From Zygnema circumcarinatum SAG 698-1b (lineage: Eukaryota > Plantae > Zygnematophyceae), in the NCBI GenBank assembly GCA_037447605.1, contig CM074810.1, forward strand, positions 2,328,880-2,392,879: a stretch of DNA of 64,000 bases. The letters run 5' to 3'. Both the position numbers and the translations under genes were made by a program. The notes below the pieces were generated by a model. That model saw only the letters and a program-made list of their open reading frames with translations, was not told where the DNA came from and made no database searches. Below, in pieces: positions 11,880-25,328 of this stretch. The first letter of the stretch is position 1. Each line of letters opens with the position of its first letter.

Positions 11880-12240
11880 ATGTACGGTCACCGCCCAATG
11901 GTGACCCACCACGTGTACAATTTGTACACGCGGCGCGCGTTTTTGATTGGCCGATCCCCGAATTCGGTCGCAAATGGAAAATTTCCCGTAGGATATTCGC
12001 ATTTTCTGTCTAGGGCCGAACTGGACGCCGGAAAAGCGCGCGACGTGCGACCTCGTCGTGAGATCTTAGCCGTTGACATTGTGATCGGACGGCCAATAAC
12101 GATCGAAAGTCACGATGATCGCTCGGACAGGAGGACACCACGTCAGGTACATCCACGGTGCTCCTTTTGCGATATCTTGGCCGTTGAACAAATCGGACGG
12201 TCAGTAGAGCGTATGAAAATCGGACGGTGGAGAGGATGTC
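11880..12240. promoter_or_regulatory. CpG-rich upstream region with hairpins and repeated CCGTTGA...ATCGGACGG (MSA/AACGG-core-like) pairs
   Basis: Hairpin cgtgtacaa-t-ttgtacacg at about 11912-11930. gccgttga followed by tcggacgg at about 12068-12092 and 12180-12200, with a third tcggacgg near 12220. Confidence 0.4.
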
Positions 12241-12946
12241 ACGTCATCATATCTGACGTTGGATATTGGCCGGAGTGGTCTGACGAGTTTTCGAACGCCT
12301 TTTTGGATGTCCTTTTTCGGTACCGTAGTTTTGTGCTAGGTTTCGTAAATAATCAGTATCATGCAAATATTATTTTTCGATAAGAATTTGGTTTTGCAAA
12401 GTACGGATTACGGCTGATGGTGGTGCTTTTATTTTTTAAACGGACGGGAACCAGAAAGGTAATACTTTTCTCACATCATATGAAATCATTTTTGTTCGGG
12501 CAGATGAAAAATTCTTGGAGAACATTTTACCTGTGGCTAATTTTTTTCTTTCTCTCTTTAATATAATTTCAACATTTTTTTTGAAATACCAAATTCATCC
12601 ACTTTTTTTTCTGGCCGGCACCTGTGGAATGCCTACTTTACCGGACTGCAAAATCTGAAAAAAATACAAATCCTTCAAAGACATATTACCATCCTGGTCT
12701 CCCATCTACCCGAATCCCAAAATAATTCCAAAAAATGTTCAAAAACCAAAAAATCAAAAACGTCAATTTTTTTTAAAACCATTTTCAATCCTGGCCCCTC
12801 CTCTCCACCCACCAATCCTTACCCCCCCCTCTCCACCGCCTTCCCTCGCCTACGCCCCTCCCTCGCCCTCTCCCTCTTCCTCTCCCTCTCACTTTCCCTT
12901 TCCCTCTCCCTCGCCCTCTCCCTCTCCCTCTCCCTCTCCGGCAGCC

Positions 12947-14548
12947 ATGGCCGCCCCCAACCGCCGGCTGAAAGCTTCCGTGAAGTTTCGTCCCGAGCAG
13001 CAGCCCCTCCTTCATGTGAAGGCTCCCATCTCCATCCTCGGTCTCCCTCTCTTCACAGGCTGCCACGTGGGCGAGAAGGAGGACCTTGCTGTCCTCCTGG
13101 GGACGGCCATGGCTGCCGGTCCCTCCGTTCGCCTCTGCTATCGCCCTAACGACTCTTCCTCTCCTTCCCTCTCTCCCTCTCTCTCCCCCTCCTCCCCTCT
13201 CGCTCCCTCCACTCTTATCGTGAAGGCGGGCCTGGGCCCGTGGCTCTCTCCCAACGCCTTCCTCTCGCTCTCTGCGGAGATCGACTTGAAGGAGAAAGGG
13301 AACACCAAAATCATGCTGAAGACTAACCCTAAATTTGGGGACTTCAGTCTGAGTCGGAGCCCGCTGGTGGTAGAGCAGGCGGAGGGAGGGAGCCCTGTGG
13401 GAGGGGGAGTGGGAGAGGGAGTGGGAGAGGTGCGCCGGAAGGTGGAGTTCATTAGCAAGCTGGGGGGGAAGCCCTTGAACGGAGTCAACGGGGTCAACGG
13501 AATCAATGGAGTCAATGGACACGTCCTTGATGTGGGGTTCCCTGAGTCTAACGGAAAACTGGAGAACGGATTTGCTAACGGTAACGGACACATCGGACAT
13601 GAGTCTCCTTTGACGATGTCGCCGCCAGCTGGCGACATGGGGGAGCTCCACGTGGCCAGTGGAGGAGGCGGAGGGAAGGAGGGAGAGGAGAGAGGGAGAG
13701 GAAAGAAGGGCCCTCTCGCGGGCTTTCCATGGATGAACGGAACTGGAACTGGAAATGCGCCATGGAGCCGTAAAGCGAAGGAGGGCATCTGGGCTATGAG
13801 GGTTCATAGTGACCTCCCTTTGGGGCTTTGGGGAATGGCTACTTGCAGGTGGGGCTTAACTGTTCCTAAGGATTTTTTTTCAGAGGGAGGAGTCAACTGG
13901 AAGAATGTGGTGGGAGGGAACTCTCTCCCATCCCTGGCCCTCGATAAAGTTACGGTCTATGCCGGGAGGGGAGCGGGAGTGAAGCGAAGGGAGAGAGGAG
14001 AGAGAGTGTGGAAGGGTGAGGGAGGGGCTCGGAAGGACTTGGCTCGGCTTTCGGATGATGTGATTGCGCTGCATGCGGAGAATTATAATCTGCGGAAGAC
14101 TATGGAAGATTTGAAAGTGGAGTTTGGTAAGGCAGGGAAGGGGGGGAAAGGAGTGCTAGTCATGGGGAAGGCGGAGAAAGGGGAGATGTATGGGAGAGAG
14201 GAGAATCTGCTCAGGTCACAGGCTTTCGATGAGCTTGTGCAGGACAAGGCCAATGGGAGGGAGAAGAAGGCGGGAGTGAAGGAGACCTTTTTCATCAAGG
14301 TAGAGGAGAAGACGAAGGGAGAGAGCAAGAAGGGAGAAGGCAAGAAGGGAGAGAGCAAGAAGGGAGAGAATAAGAAGGGAGAGAGTAAGGCGGAGGGGAA
14401 GAAGGGAGGGGTGGTGGGAGAGATGAAGGAGGTGAAGGAGGTGGGGAAAGAGAAGGGAATGGTGGGAGGGGACCTCAGCATGAGTGGTGGGAAGAATGTG
14501 AGCAAGGAGCTTCACAAAGCGATTATGTCTGCGAATGTCAGCAATTAG
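12947..14548 (+). CDS. Intronless conserved plant uncharacterized protein (recalled as At3g57990-like), 533 aa
   Basis: LKASVKFRPEQQPLLHVKAPISILGLP, GPSVRLCYRPND, PKFGDFSL, a coiled coil (ENYNLRKTMEDLK) and C-terminal VSKELHKAI match the land-plant family as recalled. Confidence 0.8.
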   Translation: MAAPNRRLKASVKFRPEQQPLLHVKAPISILGLPLFTGCHVGEKEDLAVLLGTAMAAGPSVRLCYRPNDSSSPSLSPSLSPSSPLAPSTLIVKAGLGPWLSPNAFLSLSAEIDLKEKGNTKIMLKTNPKFGDFSLSRSPLVVEQAEGGSPVGGGVGEGVGEVRRKVEFISKLGGKPLNGVNGVNGINGVNGHVLDVGFPESNGKLENGFANGNGHIGHESPLTMSPPAGDMGELHVASGGGGGKEGEERGRGKKGPLAGFPWMNGTGTGNAPWSRKAKEGIWAMRVHSDLPLGLWGMATCRWGLTVPKDFFSEGGVNWKNVVGGNSLPSLALDKVTVYAGRGAGVKRRERGERVWKGEGGARKDLARLSDDVIALHAENYNLRKTMEDLKVEFGKAGKGGKGVLVMGKAEKGEMYGREENLLRSQAFDELVQDKANGREKKAGVKETFFIKVEEKTKGESKKGEGKKGESKKGENKKGESKAEGKKGGVVGEMKEVKEVGKEKGMVGGDLSMSGGKNVSKELHKAIMSANVSN

Positions 14549-16157
14549 ATTGGCTACCATTCTGATTGCATCTTAGGGAGAGGCGGAGAGCGAGAGAGAG
14601 AGAGGTGCTGGAGGTACCTTGGGCAGGAGGCAGTCCGATGTTTCTACCATACAGTGTTGTTTCAGAGCTTAAGATTTTTTGCGGGTTTTCCTGCAAACTA
14701 AAGATAGGGTTTTCAGTGTCAATCGATGAGCAATAAAATAAGGGTCGTCGTTTTCTGCATGTGGGTTGTGCTTTTAGTGGTAGCGTGAGAAGAGAAATGT
14801 CTTTTCGTAGTGGAACGGGAGAGAAAGGAGTCGCCGGGAGCAGCTCTATGTACATAGTTGTACTGTCCGTCAGACAGGTTGAGACAATGTTCTCTGAGCT
14901 TGTAACTTCCAGTGCTGCGAAGTCATTTGTGGGATGTGAGAGGGTCTGAGAGAAGGAGAGAGAGGAGAGAGTGGAAGGTAATAGGAGGGAAGCAGGGAAC
15001 AATGTGTTAGCAGCAGCATGAAGGTGACAAGGGAGCTGTGATGGATTGGGTCGAGTCCAGTCGAGTCGAGTCTGTACTTGTTTCTCTTTTTCGAGTCAAA
15101 AGTTAATTATCAGATGGGTTATGGAAAATCTCCTTTACTGCTCTTTCTGTTTGCAGTTTGCTGCTATGCTGCTTTCTCCATTGATGTTTTGAATGTGGTG
15201 ATTTCAGGGTTTCAGGTAGCCATGGTGTGAGCGGACTTGTTGAATCAGTTTAGGTCAGTTCAGTTGCGCTATGGCACGCCATGTATGGGTGCAGGCCATG
15301 CTTTTTGAATGCCATTTATGTCGATCATGGTCATGCATGGTTGTGCTTTGTCTAAGTCACAGATGTGCCAACATTACAGACTATGTTTGGGGCAAAACTG
15401 TAACCAGTTACACCTCACAAAGGCGGAAGAATAATACATGCAGGAAGCCAGGTCCTTCGAACGCTGAACCATGTATCCCCCATGCAAAACATGCTTACAA
15501 TCGTTTGGTATATAGACTACGTGGGTAACTCGACAAACATGAAACTCGCCTTTTCAATCAGTATCATAAACGATCGATCAATTCAGACTATTTACTGCCA
15601 TAGAACAGCATCATTCAGGAAGGATGCGTAGTATATTTACATTGCTTAAGTCCATAACCCACAATATCTGTATTCAGAGGACTTGATGGTAACTGAAACC
15701 CCGAAACCCCAATATATACATGATGTGATGCAACCCTTGGGGTCTATGCTCCCTCCCTCCGTCTGTTTCCTCTCCCTATCCCTCTGCCCCCCTTCTCTCT
15801 CTCTCTCTCCCTCTCTCCCCTCCTCTCCCTTCCCCACACCCTTTCCTCTCTCCCTCTTACTTCCATCTTTCTCTCCTCTTCTTCTCCCCCCCTCCAAATT
15901 TCCATCAATGATAAATGATTGGTGGTCACTATTTACCCAAATGCGCTGCAAACCCTAAAATTGGGAAGTGAACTCTACAAAATTATATACAGATTTGGAA
16001 TTGCATGTTAAACACTACCAAGGGAGGAGACCTATCTCCCCTCCTCTCCCTCCCCCTCTTTCCCTCTCCCCTCCCTAACCATGAATAGAGTTCCTTTGAA
16101 GCATTATTTGATCTGAACAGTGCCTTTTTAAACAGTTTAAGGAACAGAAGCAGAATT

Positions 16158-18871
16158 TCAATAAGCGATACCTCCCGATAAACCGTTGCCATCATGAATG
16201 AAGCTCTCCGTGAGCCAATAACCGTCCCAATTCCCTCCCACTCGCTGATTTGAATGGGAGAGGGAGAGAAAGAGCAAGAAAAAGGAAAGAAAAGGCACAA
16301 AAAAAAGGAGGGAAAATTCAGATTGCAGTTCAGGTAACGAATTGGCTGATTGCGCTTCATTTCTCTCCATAATTTCCCCCTCCCCCTCCACCCATTCTCC
16401 CGCTCTCTCTCTTCCTGCCCCTCTTTCAACCCTGTCTCTGTCCCTCTCCCTCGCCCCCTCCCTCTCTCCCTCTCCCTCCCCCTCCCTCTTTCCCCCTCCT
16501 CGCCCACTCCCTAGCCCCCTGGCTCCCTCATCGCCCCTCTCCCTCCCTTCCCCTCCAACTCCCCCTCTCCTCCCCCTCCCCCAACCCCTCCTCGTCTCCC
16601 CCTCCTCCCCCTCAACATCCCTTCCCCCTCCTCCGCTCCGCTCCCTCTCCCCCTCTCCCTCTCCTACCCCTCTTCTCCGCCTCCCCCACTACCTCCCTCG
16701 CTCCCTTTCCCTCTTCCCCCCCCCCCTCGCCTTCCCCCTTTCCCTCTCTCTCCACCCCTCCTAGATTTCAAGTTCGTGTTGAGATGTACCTGAACCACAG
16801 TGAACTCAAAGGTCTCCTCCTCTGAAGGCCGCGCCCCCCGAATCCAAACACGCTGCTTGAAGCAATGCTGAAATTGACACAAAACATATACAAAAATAAG
16901 TAAAAAATCCAAAAAAGAATGCAAACATTCCCAAGAAAGCTTCAAAATTAATTTCGGATTTGGAGGTGGCCTGCATTCCACCGAAACGGATTAAAGGAGA
17001 GGAATGCGAGGGAACAAAAGAAAGAGGATTAGAAATACCTCGTTCACATTGAAGCTACTCAATATGCGATACTCCTTGTAGCTCAATAAAACGCGGTACG
17101 AAGAATGATGAAAAATTCGACGGAACCGCTCAAACTGCAAGAGTAGACAACATTGAATAAATGCTCTCTCTATTTACAATGAAACCTCCCCCTCCCCCTC
17201 CCCCTCCCCCTCTCACCCTCCCCCTCCCCTTCTCCCTCTCCCCCTCCCCCTCTCCCCCCCTGNNNNNNNNNNCCCTCTTCCCCTCCCCTTCCCCCCCTTC
17301 CCCTCTCCCTCTCCCCTTCCTTCTCCCCGACCCTTGTGATTTCTAGTTTGAATTTCAAAACTTCACCTGTCCGAGGTCATAGCGAGGTCCAAAATAAGTC
17401 GAACGCTGAAATGGGTCAAATCCTGCAAACTGGGGCCCTCCAATACTGCCAAAAAGTTACAAACAAAAACTCCTCCACTTGATTCAACGAATCACAAAAT
17501 GCCTCTCAAAAAAACCTTAAGAAAGGCTTCGAATAGAAATTGGAGGTGCCAAAAGACCTAAGATTCGGTAACTAGCGCACCCTAAAGCCTAGAAAACATA
17601 AAAGCCCAATAAGCATTACCCCATTTAACCCTTTTACATCAAATTTAAAGGGCATTTTAAGTGGGGACTCTCTAATTACCTCCATGAGAAGTTTAAATTT
17701 TTATGAGGTCAAACATCGTGCTCACTCTGTACATGACTTCAACTCCATGGTCAGGATATGGAAAATCGTTGTTCTTGAGTGCTGCCAGCTGGCACAGAAT
17801 GGCCTCCTCACAGGAGTACTGCAGTGCATTCCAATAGAGGCAAAATGTTGAGAGGGGAGGGAAGGGAGAGGAGAGAGAGAGGGACAGAAAGAGACGCAGA
17901 GAGAGAGGGGAGAGGGAGAGAGAGAGGGAGAGAGAGTGGGGGGAGAGTGGGGGGGAGAGAGTGTGGGGGAGAGAGTGGTGGGGAGAGCGGGGGGGAGAGA
18001 GTAGGAAAGCGTGAGGGAGAGGGGGATAAAAAGAGAGTGAGAGGAGAGCGTGCGTGAGTGTGAGGGGAAATAAGGGAGGAAGGAAAAGCGAGAGCAGGAG
18101 AGAGAGAGAGAGGGGCGGGAGAGGGGGAGAGATAGGGGGGAAGATTGCAGGAGGAGGGAGGAAAGGACCAGTTGAGGGGAGGGAAGTGGATGCGAAGGGG
18201 GAATGAAAGTAGAGAGTAGCGAGCGAGAGATAGCGGAGAGAGGAGAGGAGGGAGAGAGAGCGAGAGACGGTAGGGAAGAAGGGCATTCATAAAAAGTAAA
18301 CGAACTGATCGTAGTTGAAATGATTAGAAATTAGACATTTGATTAAGTTCATTTCATTCCACGGATTTCAAACGGAAATGTAGGAGCATGGAACGGGGCC
18401 CACCTCAAAGCTTGGCCCTGGAGGCTTCTGACGCCCCTTTGCCCTGAAAACCCCAAAAAAGAACGCAAGGAGAAAATAAAAATAAATCAAAAGTAGACAT
18501 AATTAATTCTCAAACCAACAAGGCATTCAAGAATGCAATTTGGTAACCTTCAAATTATACAAAAACGAAAGAATGAATTATCGGTAGAAGAAATTATCAG
18601 AAGCTCACCACACCGAAGGCAGAAAATCAGGAATTTCTCCGCAAACTGGAAGAATTCCGTTCAATTTTCGCAGTTTCAGTTTTACGGAACTACTTTCCGA
18701 CGAAATTTGCTTCCGCATTTGTCGTCTGAGGCCGTCCCATTGAGAAACGCTCCGACTTCCACCGCTTGACCTCATATGTTGAACATTTATTTGAAGATTT
18801 TGGCGTCCAAAATGCGATGAAGAGACCCTAAATTCTGTGCTGGAATGAATCTGGCCACCTGCATAAGCCAT
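16158..18871 (-). CDS. Conserved plastid-targeted protein (NTF2-like/DUF4864-related). Six or seven exons
   Basis: Spliced: transit-like exon, then WAKGRQKPPGPSFE|YSCEEAILCQLAALKNNDFPYPDHGVEVMYR|FAGFDPFQRSTYFGPRYDLGQ|FERFRRIFHHSSYRVLL...|HCFKQRVWIRGARPSEEETFEFTVVQ|RVGGNWDGYWLTESFIHDGNGLSGGIAY*. Confidence 0.85.
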
Positions 18872-19314
18872 AACCTCCTTAGACAGCCAAAAGAGTATCT
18901 ATATATACTTGTAGTGAAATGTTAGAAATAAGTGAAAAGAAAGGTCGAATGTGAAGACAATCGAGAAATTTGAAAGTGGATCGTAGTTGCTTTCTGCTAA
19001 AATTGATTCTTCGAGCGGCGTCAGATCTGACAGTTTTTCCTGAAAAACTTGCTTTGTGCAGGGCCAGATATTTAGGCTTAGATTTTGGAGGAGGGAAGGA
19101 GGACCACGATGGTAATTTGTTTTTTGGATTCAGATTTTAGGGGGCGCGGAACCGGTTTCGCTTTTAACTGAACCGGACTGTGACTGTAACGAGCAGTTTT
19201 TAACTAGGGAGCAGAGAGCGCACAGCTAGCGTTGAAAATTCCGGAAATCAGAATCAGCGAAACTCAAAGGGCCTTTCTGGCATTGCGATATTCGAGCATG
19301 GGGCATAATGTCCT

Positions 19315-19625
19315 GTCGCCACGTGTCGAGACACCACGAATGGCCTTTTTCACGTGTCATAGTGTCCTACGTGTCATTTCGTGATTGGATAATGCTCTAG
19401 TGAAAGTCGGAATTGTGAAAAGCTTAGTACACGTGACAATTGTAGTGGTTGCAGTTAATGTGCTGACGTGCTTGCATACGATTGGTTCTGGTATTGTCCT
19501 TTTAACACGTGTCAATGAAATATAGAAGAGGTGGATGACGTGACATGCTCTCATTGGCCCACGCCCTTTTTGAGCCTTCCAAGGACCACATCGAGGGACG
19601 ACAATTTTGACGTGACAGCCGTCAC
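19315..19625. promoter_or_regulatory. Dense ACGT-core (G-box/ABRE-like) cluster between divergent genes
   Basis: At least 8 ACGTG cores (CACGTGTC three times, TACGTGTC, CACGTGAC, TGACGTG three times) in about 310 bp. Confidence 0.5.
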
Positions 19626-19651
19626 GCGGAAATTGGAAAAAATGGTAATTA

Positions 19652-19929
19652 GGGGGAGTCAGACCTTGACCATCGCCAAATCAATTTCGCCAGCCCGTCG
19701 GGATAAATTCTGCTTTGTACGGCAGGCCTTTTTCGCCAAAAGTGGACGTTCGACAGGCTCGGTTGCCGAGCCTGTAACTCATTTTTGTAACCTATTTCGA
19801 AGTACGGACGGGACAGACAGGTTCGTGGGGAGCCGCGGTTTCCGATCCGAATTCTGCAATTGAAATCAATACCTTTCCGCCGGCGGAAACGTTCAATTCC
19901 GCGGGCGATGGTCAAGGTCTGACTCCCCC
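19652..19929. mobile_element. MITE, 278 bp, perfect 26-bp TIR (GGGGGAGTCAGACCTTGACCATCGCC), flanked by TA
   Basis: Left TIR 19652-19677 is the exact reverse complement of 19904-19929. TA at 19650-51 and 19930-31. Confidence 0.9.
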
Positions 19930-20400
19930 TATTGAAAAACAATTAGATCAGTTTTGTTAATATTATGACATGTTCGGAGTGACGTGGCGGTACGTCATTG
20001 GACGGCTCCGAATAAGTCTTAAATGACGTACAGTACTTCCTTCACAAGTGCCCATAATCAGTTAAAAAGCAGTACTAAGCACATGCTGCAAATTTTGGGT
20101 TTTCCATGTTTCCTGTACGGGTTCTAATTTATGATATCGTGAACTCTAACAAAGGCGACATGTAAACCTGTTGCCAGATATTCTGCACGCCCTCTTGGAA
20201 TATGAGTACCTTTTTGGCGTCTGGGAGAAATTCTCCGCCACATTCATTCCCTGTCTGCACTCGAACTGAGTTTTGAAGAAAAAACCTGAACGCCATCTGA
20301 CGATCAATACAGCATGCGCATAACTGACAACTTTCCATGACTAATTTAAGTAATTTCTAAACTACAAAGTGGTTTTTTCTGCAACAAATTCCCTGTTTCG

Positions 20401-23400
20401 ATGGCTTCTGTTCGCCAGATCATGTTGAGGTCCCTCGGAGGCTCTTCCTGTACATATTCAAAGGAAAAGGATGAGCAAAGAGAGCATTTTAAAGTTAAAA
20501 TGGGAGGAAATGAATGTTTTTCTGCAGAAATACGCTTAGAAAGACATGATGTGTGCAGGAAAAACAGTGAGTCTCCAAACTGCTTAAGCAGCAATTGGCG
20601 GAATGAGAGCTTCTCTAGGAATGGGGAGGACGGTGCTCTTGCTTTTGGGATGAGTGATAATTCCAATTGTAGAAAAAGTAGATTTTTTGGTATACCTTTT
20701 AAGAATAAGTTGACATTCTCATCAGAAGCAATATCTTCAAAGAAGAGACATTGGAGAGTGAGAGGGAGTGCGGTGGAGGAGGAAATCAAGAAAGGTGAGC
20801 GGGCTTTTTTTTTTTTTTCCCTTTTAGTTTCTTTGATGTAAATTTCAATTCAGATAAACATCATTTCACCATAGTGCTTAATTCTCTTAGGCATTGAGAG
20901 AGGGGGGGAGGGAGAGAGAGAGAGAGAGACGCACGGAGGGAGAAGGGGAGGAAAGGGGGAGAGGGAGGCACAGAGAGGGAGAGGGGGACAGATAGAGGGA
21001 GATGCACCGAGAAAGTGGGAGTGATTGGGAGTGAGAGCACAGGGAGAAAGGGAGGAGGGAGGGAGAGAAAGAGAGGGAGGGAGAGGTACCAGCAGTCATT
21101 CTCCCTGCCCCTCTCTCTCTATCTCCCCCCCGCCGCCCTTCGCTTCGGTTCCAGATCTTTTCTAAAATGTACCTTCCAAAAAGCAAAATGTTCACGTTTT
21201 AACTCTATTTAAACTCTCAACTTCTCTCAAAACAGAGCCCGCTTCCAACTCTCAGACTCCGCACTCAGAGGAGATTCAACGCAGTTGGAAAAGTGCAAAG
21301 GAGATAGATGACGGAACGGAGGGCAGAGAACCCGAGCATGGAACCGTTGCAAGGGGGCCAATTCTTTTTGGAGTGGAGATGTCGGCAGACACTACCGCTG
21401 TTGCTGTCGTTTACTTCGTTCAGGGCGTTTTAGGGTTAGCCAGACTGGCGGTAACTTTTTTCTTAAAGGATGAGCTTGGGCTCGACCCAGCAGAGGTGAG
21501 AATTGAGATATCAATATATAGTACTTTCTTTTGTGATCCGAAAAAAAAAATACCTATCTTTGTTTTGTTCTGTTTTATTGTTCTTTCGTTTTCAATCTCT
21601 TTTTAATTACTTGTTGGGTCTCGGAGAAGTACATGCAGACGGCATTTCTTTCGGGAATTTCCGCCGCTCCATGGCTCATAAAACCGTTGTACGGATTCAT
21701 CAGGTGATCTGCCCAGGCCTCTAACTAGCAACAGGTGAGCCCTCATGGGCAGTTCTATTTTTTTGTTGTTTTCTCATTATCCAAGTTCCATTACCCTACT
21801 CTCGTCCTACGTCCTCCTTTTCCCTCCGCCCACGCTCTCCTTCTCCCTCTCCCCCTATCCTCTCCACTCCTCACACTCACTCTGCCCTCCTATACCCTCT
21901 CCTACCCTCCACCCTGCCCTTCCTCCCACCTTCCAACAGACCCCCCATCCAATGTGCACGGCCCATTCCTCTCCTTCCTGACCCTTCCCCCTTTCTTCTC
22001 CCTCCCTCTCCCTCTCCCTCTCCCTCTCTCCCTCCCCGCTCTCCCTTCCTCTCTCTCCCTCTCCGCAGTGACGGCCTCCCCCTTTTTGGATACCGCCGGC
22101 GCTCATACTTAGTTCTTTGCGGCCTCTTGGGAGCGGCTTCTTGGGGAAGTCTTTCCGCCTTTGTGAATGGAAAGTATGAGGCCGTGGCCCTCATTCTCCT
22201 CTCCTCTCTCTCTGTGGCCTTTTCCGATGTGGTAAGCTCGTCCATCCCTCCTATCTTACTTGCCTTTCCTCTCTCTCTTACACACCCTCTTTCTCCCATT
22301 CCCTCCCCCCCCCCTTCTCCCGCCTCTCTCTCCTCTCCTACCCTCTCTTTTTCCCTCCCCCCTCTCCCTCTCCCTCTCCCTCTCCCACTCACCTCTATCT
22401 CTCTCTATATCTCTATCTGTTTCCCTCTCCTTCCTTAAAGGTGGTGGATTCCATGGTGGTAGAAAGAGCAAGAGGAGAGAGCCAAGGGACAGCTGGCAGT
22501 CTTCAAAGCCTTTGTTGGGGCTCTTCCGCCATAGGGGGAATTGTGAGCGCTTACTTTAGCGGCTCGCTTGTAGAAGCCTATGGAAGCAGGTACGGATTAG
22601 ACCTAAAAACTGAGTGGAAATATGACAAAGAATAAGAGGAGGAATAATCAAAGATCAGGAGCATTTTTTTCGACATTTTTTTGGTTTTTTTTCCTTGTGT
22701 TAATTTTTATGGATTTTTTTCGCTTTCCAGGTTTGTATTTGGGCTTACAGCAATCCTCCCTCTCCTCACTTCCGCAGTCGGAGCTTTCATTCAAGAGGAG
22801 AAGATCGACCACTCTCCAGCCCTCGATCTTGTGCAGAAATCGACGGTTGAGATCGATCAATCCGAGAGCTTGCGTAATGTGGAAAAGGAAAATTTGAAAG
22901 CGCAGGGAAATGGGTACAATGGGGTTATAAGCGATGGGGCATTTGGGACTAAGGAAAATAATTTGGTGGAAACAATTCGAGTTCAAATGACTTACTTGTG
23001 GGAGACCATTCGGGAGCCGACTATTTTTCTGCCGACTTTGTTCATTTTTTTATGGCAGGCTACACCGGTTTCCGATACTGCGGTCTTCTACTTCACGTGA
23101 GTAGCCAACCCCCCTCCCTCCCTCTCTTTCTCCCTCTCTCTCTTCCTCTCTTTCCCTCTCTCCCTCCCTCAAGCCCTCCCCGTCTCTCTCACGCCCTCAC
23201 TCTCTCTCCTCCCTTTCTCTCGTTCTCCGCTCTCTCCCCCTCTCTCCCTCCCTTTCCCAGCCCCGTTTCTTCTCCACGTTCGTTCGTTCGTTCGTCCACG
23301 TTTTTTCGTTTTTTCTTCGTTTTTTCTCTCCTCCCTCTCTTAAACTCTCTCTCCCTCTCTCCCTCCGTTTCTCCCCATCCTTTTCCCTCCCTTCACCCCA

Positions 23401-24865
23401 CTTCCACTTCCCTCCTAACTATCAAATCCCCCATTCCCCCTCTCTCTCTGTCTTATTTCTCCGTCTCCTCCTCCTCCCGGTCACTTCTGTTATTCTCTTA
23501 TGTAACTGAAACCCTGAATTATCTCCATAAGTTCTAATTTCTCTAACACTTAAATTTCTTCGAAAATTGCTTTTGGAATTTTCAGAACGAACGAATTAGG
23601 GTTTGGGCCCGAATTTTTGGGCCGAGTGAAGCTTGTGACATCTGTCGCTTCTCTCGCGGGAGTTGGCGCATATAACGCCTTCTTAAAAGATGTCCCTCTA
23701 AAAAAAATATTTTTTTGGACGACTGTTCTGGGAGCAGTTCTTGGCTCCACACAGGTGCGAGAGAGAGGGAGGAGGGAGGGAGATAGGAAGTGAGAGAGAG
23801 GTGAGAGAAGAGGGGGGGGGGAGGAGGGAGAAAGGGAGGGAGGGGAGGGAGGGGAGGTAGAAGCTGGGAGAGGTAGTCTGGAAGAGGAGGGAGAGAGGGG
23901 TTGGGAGGGGGGGAGTGAGGGAGGCAGACGATGGGAGAGGGGAACCTATGGTGGAGGTGAGTGGGGAGGTAGAAGGTAGGTGAAAGGTGAAACTGAGAGA
24001 GGGAGTAAGAGGCCAGGTCGAGGGAGATAGTTGGCGGAGAGAGACGTAAGGTAAGAATGTAAAATTAAACGAAACAAATTGATGTTTATACGTTTTGGAG
24101 CGGTCTTTTGCAGCTTCTTTTGGTGACAGGTGTGAACCGAACGCTGGGGATCAGCGATCAATTTTTTGCCATTGGAGATTCTCTCATACTCACTGTTCTC
24201 GGACAGGTAAATAACACTCTTTAAACTGAGTAATTGCTCCTGTATGTTTTAGGGAAGAAAGAGGGGAGGGGAACCAAGGCGGAGAGGAGGGGGAGCGGGA
24301 AAATATATGGTAGAGAGAGAGAGAGGGAGAGGGGGGGAGAGACTTCCAAGAGTTTCCTCCCTTACCCTACCTACTTACTCCAACTTTCTCTCTTTTTATC
24401 TCATCTGCCTCCCCACTTTCCCACCCCTGCCCCCTGCCCCCTCTTCCTCTCCTCCCCTCTCCGTCTTCCTCCCTCTCTTTCTTTCTCACTCACTTCCTCT
24501 CCATCTCTCTCTCACTCGCCCTCCCTCTCCCTCCCTCTCTCTGTCTCTTACAGATATCCTTCATGCCAGTCCTTGTATTGGCCGCCCGGCTTTGTCCTCC
24601 CGGAGTGGAAGCCACTCTCTTCTCCACTCTCATGTCTATAAGTAACGGAGGAGGAGTCATAGCGGGCCTCCTTGGAGCCTCTCTCACCAAGGCGCTGGGA
24701 GTGACAAGTACGGAATTCGGGAGCCTCCCTCTCCTCCTCATCCTCTGCAACACCTCCTCCCTCCTTCCTCTATTACTCATCGACTTTTTGCCTTCGGAAG
24801 AGGAGTTGAATAAGGCGGTGGATGAGGCAGAGGAGAAGATCGACGCAAGGAAAAGGAGGGAGTGA
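20401..24865 (+). CDS. FBT1: Folate-biopterin transporter 1, chloroplastic (BT1/FBT family), 9 exons
   Basis: Transit-like exon 1. Motifs [75 protein letters not shown] and [20 protein letters not shown]. Confidence 0.95.
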
Positions 24866-25328
24866 GAGTGGTAGTGGTAGTGGAGTGGAGAGAGAGGGGA
24901 TTGGGAGGAGAGAGTGAGGGAACCATCCGAGCACTAGCCTATGTTGGGCTGTTACGTGGGGGGGAGGGGGTGCAGAAGTGCAAAGGAGGGAGGGGAAGGA
25001 AGAGATGTTTCTATTTAGTTGTTGAGATAAGGATACGTAGCTCTCTCTCTCTCCCGCTCTCACTCTCGCCCTCCATCTCTCTCACTCTCACTCTCTCACG
25101 CACACAGACACGAGGATTTGTCTGTTTACTTTATAAATGATAAGGTTAACTTGTTGAGCTAAGCGTGAGAGCTTAGCCCTAGTTTTGAGGGAGTTCTATC
25201 ACCCGCCAATCTTATCTATACGGACCATCACATAGACACAATCCTCTGTTCAATTGTACGGTAATCGGTACATCAGAAACGTAGAACTCGGGGAGCAGCT
25301 ATCCATATTGGCGCAAAAAAAAGGAAGG

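Noticed and set aside
11766-12383. 205-aa ORF upstream of the intronless gene
   Set aside because: No recognisable motifs. It overlaps a CpG-rich, palindrome-rich promoter-like region where chance ORFs are expected.
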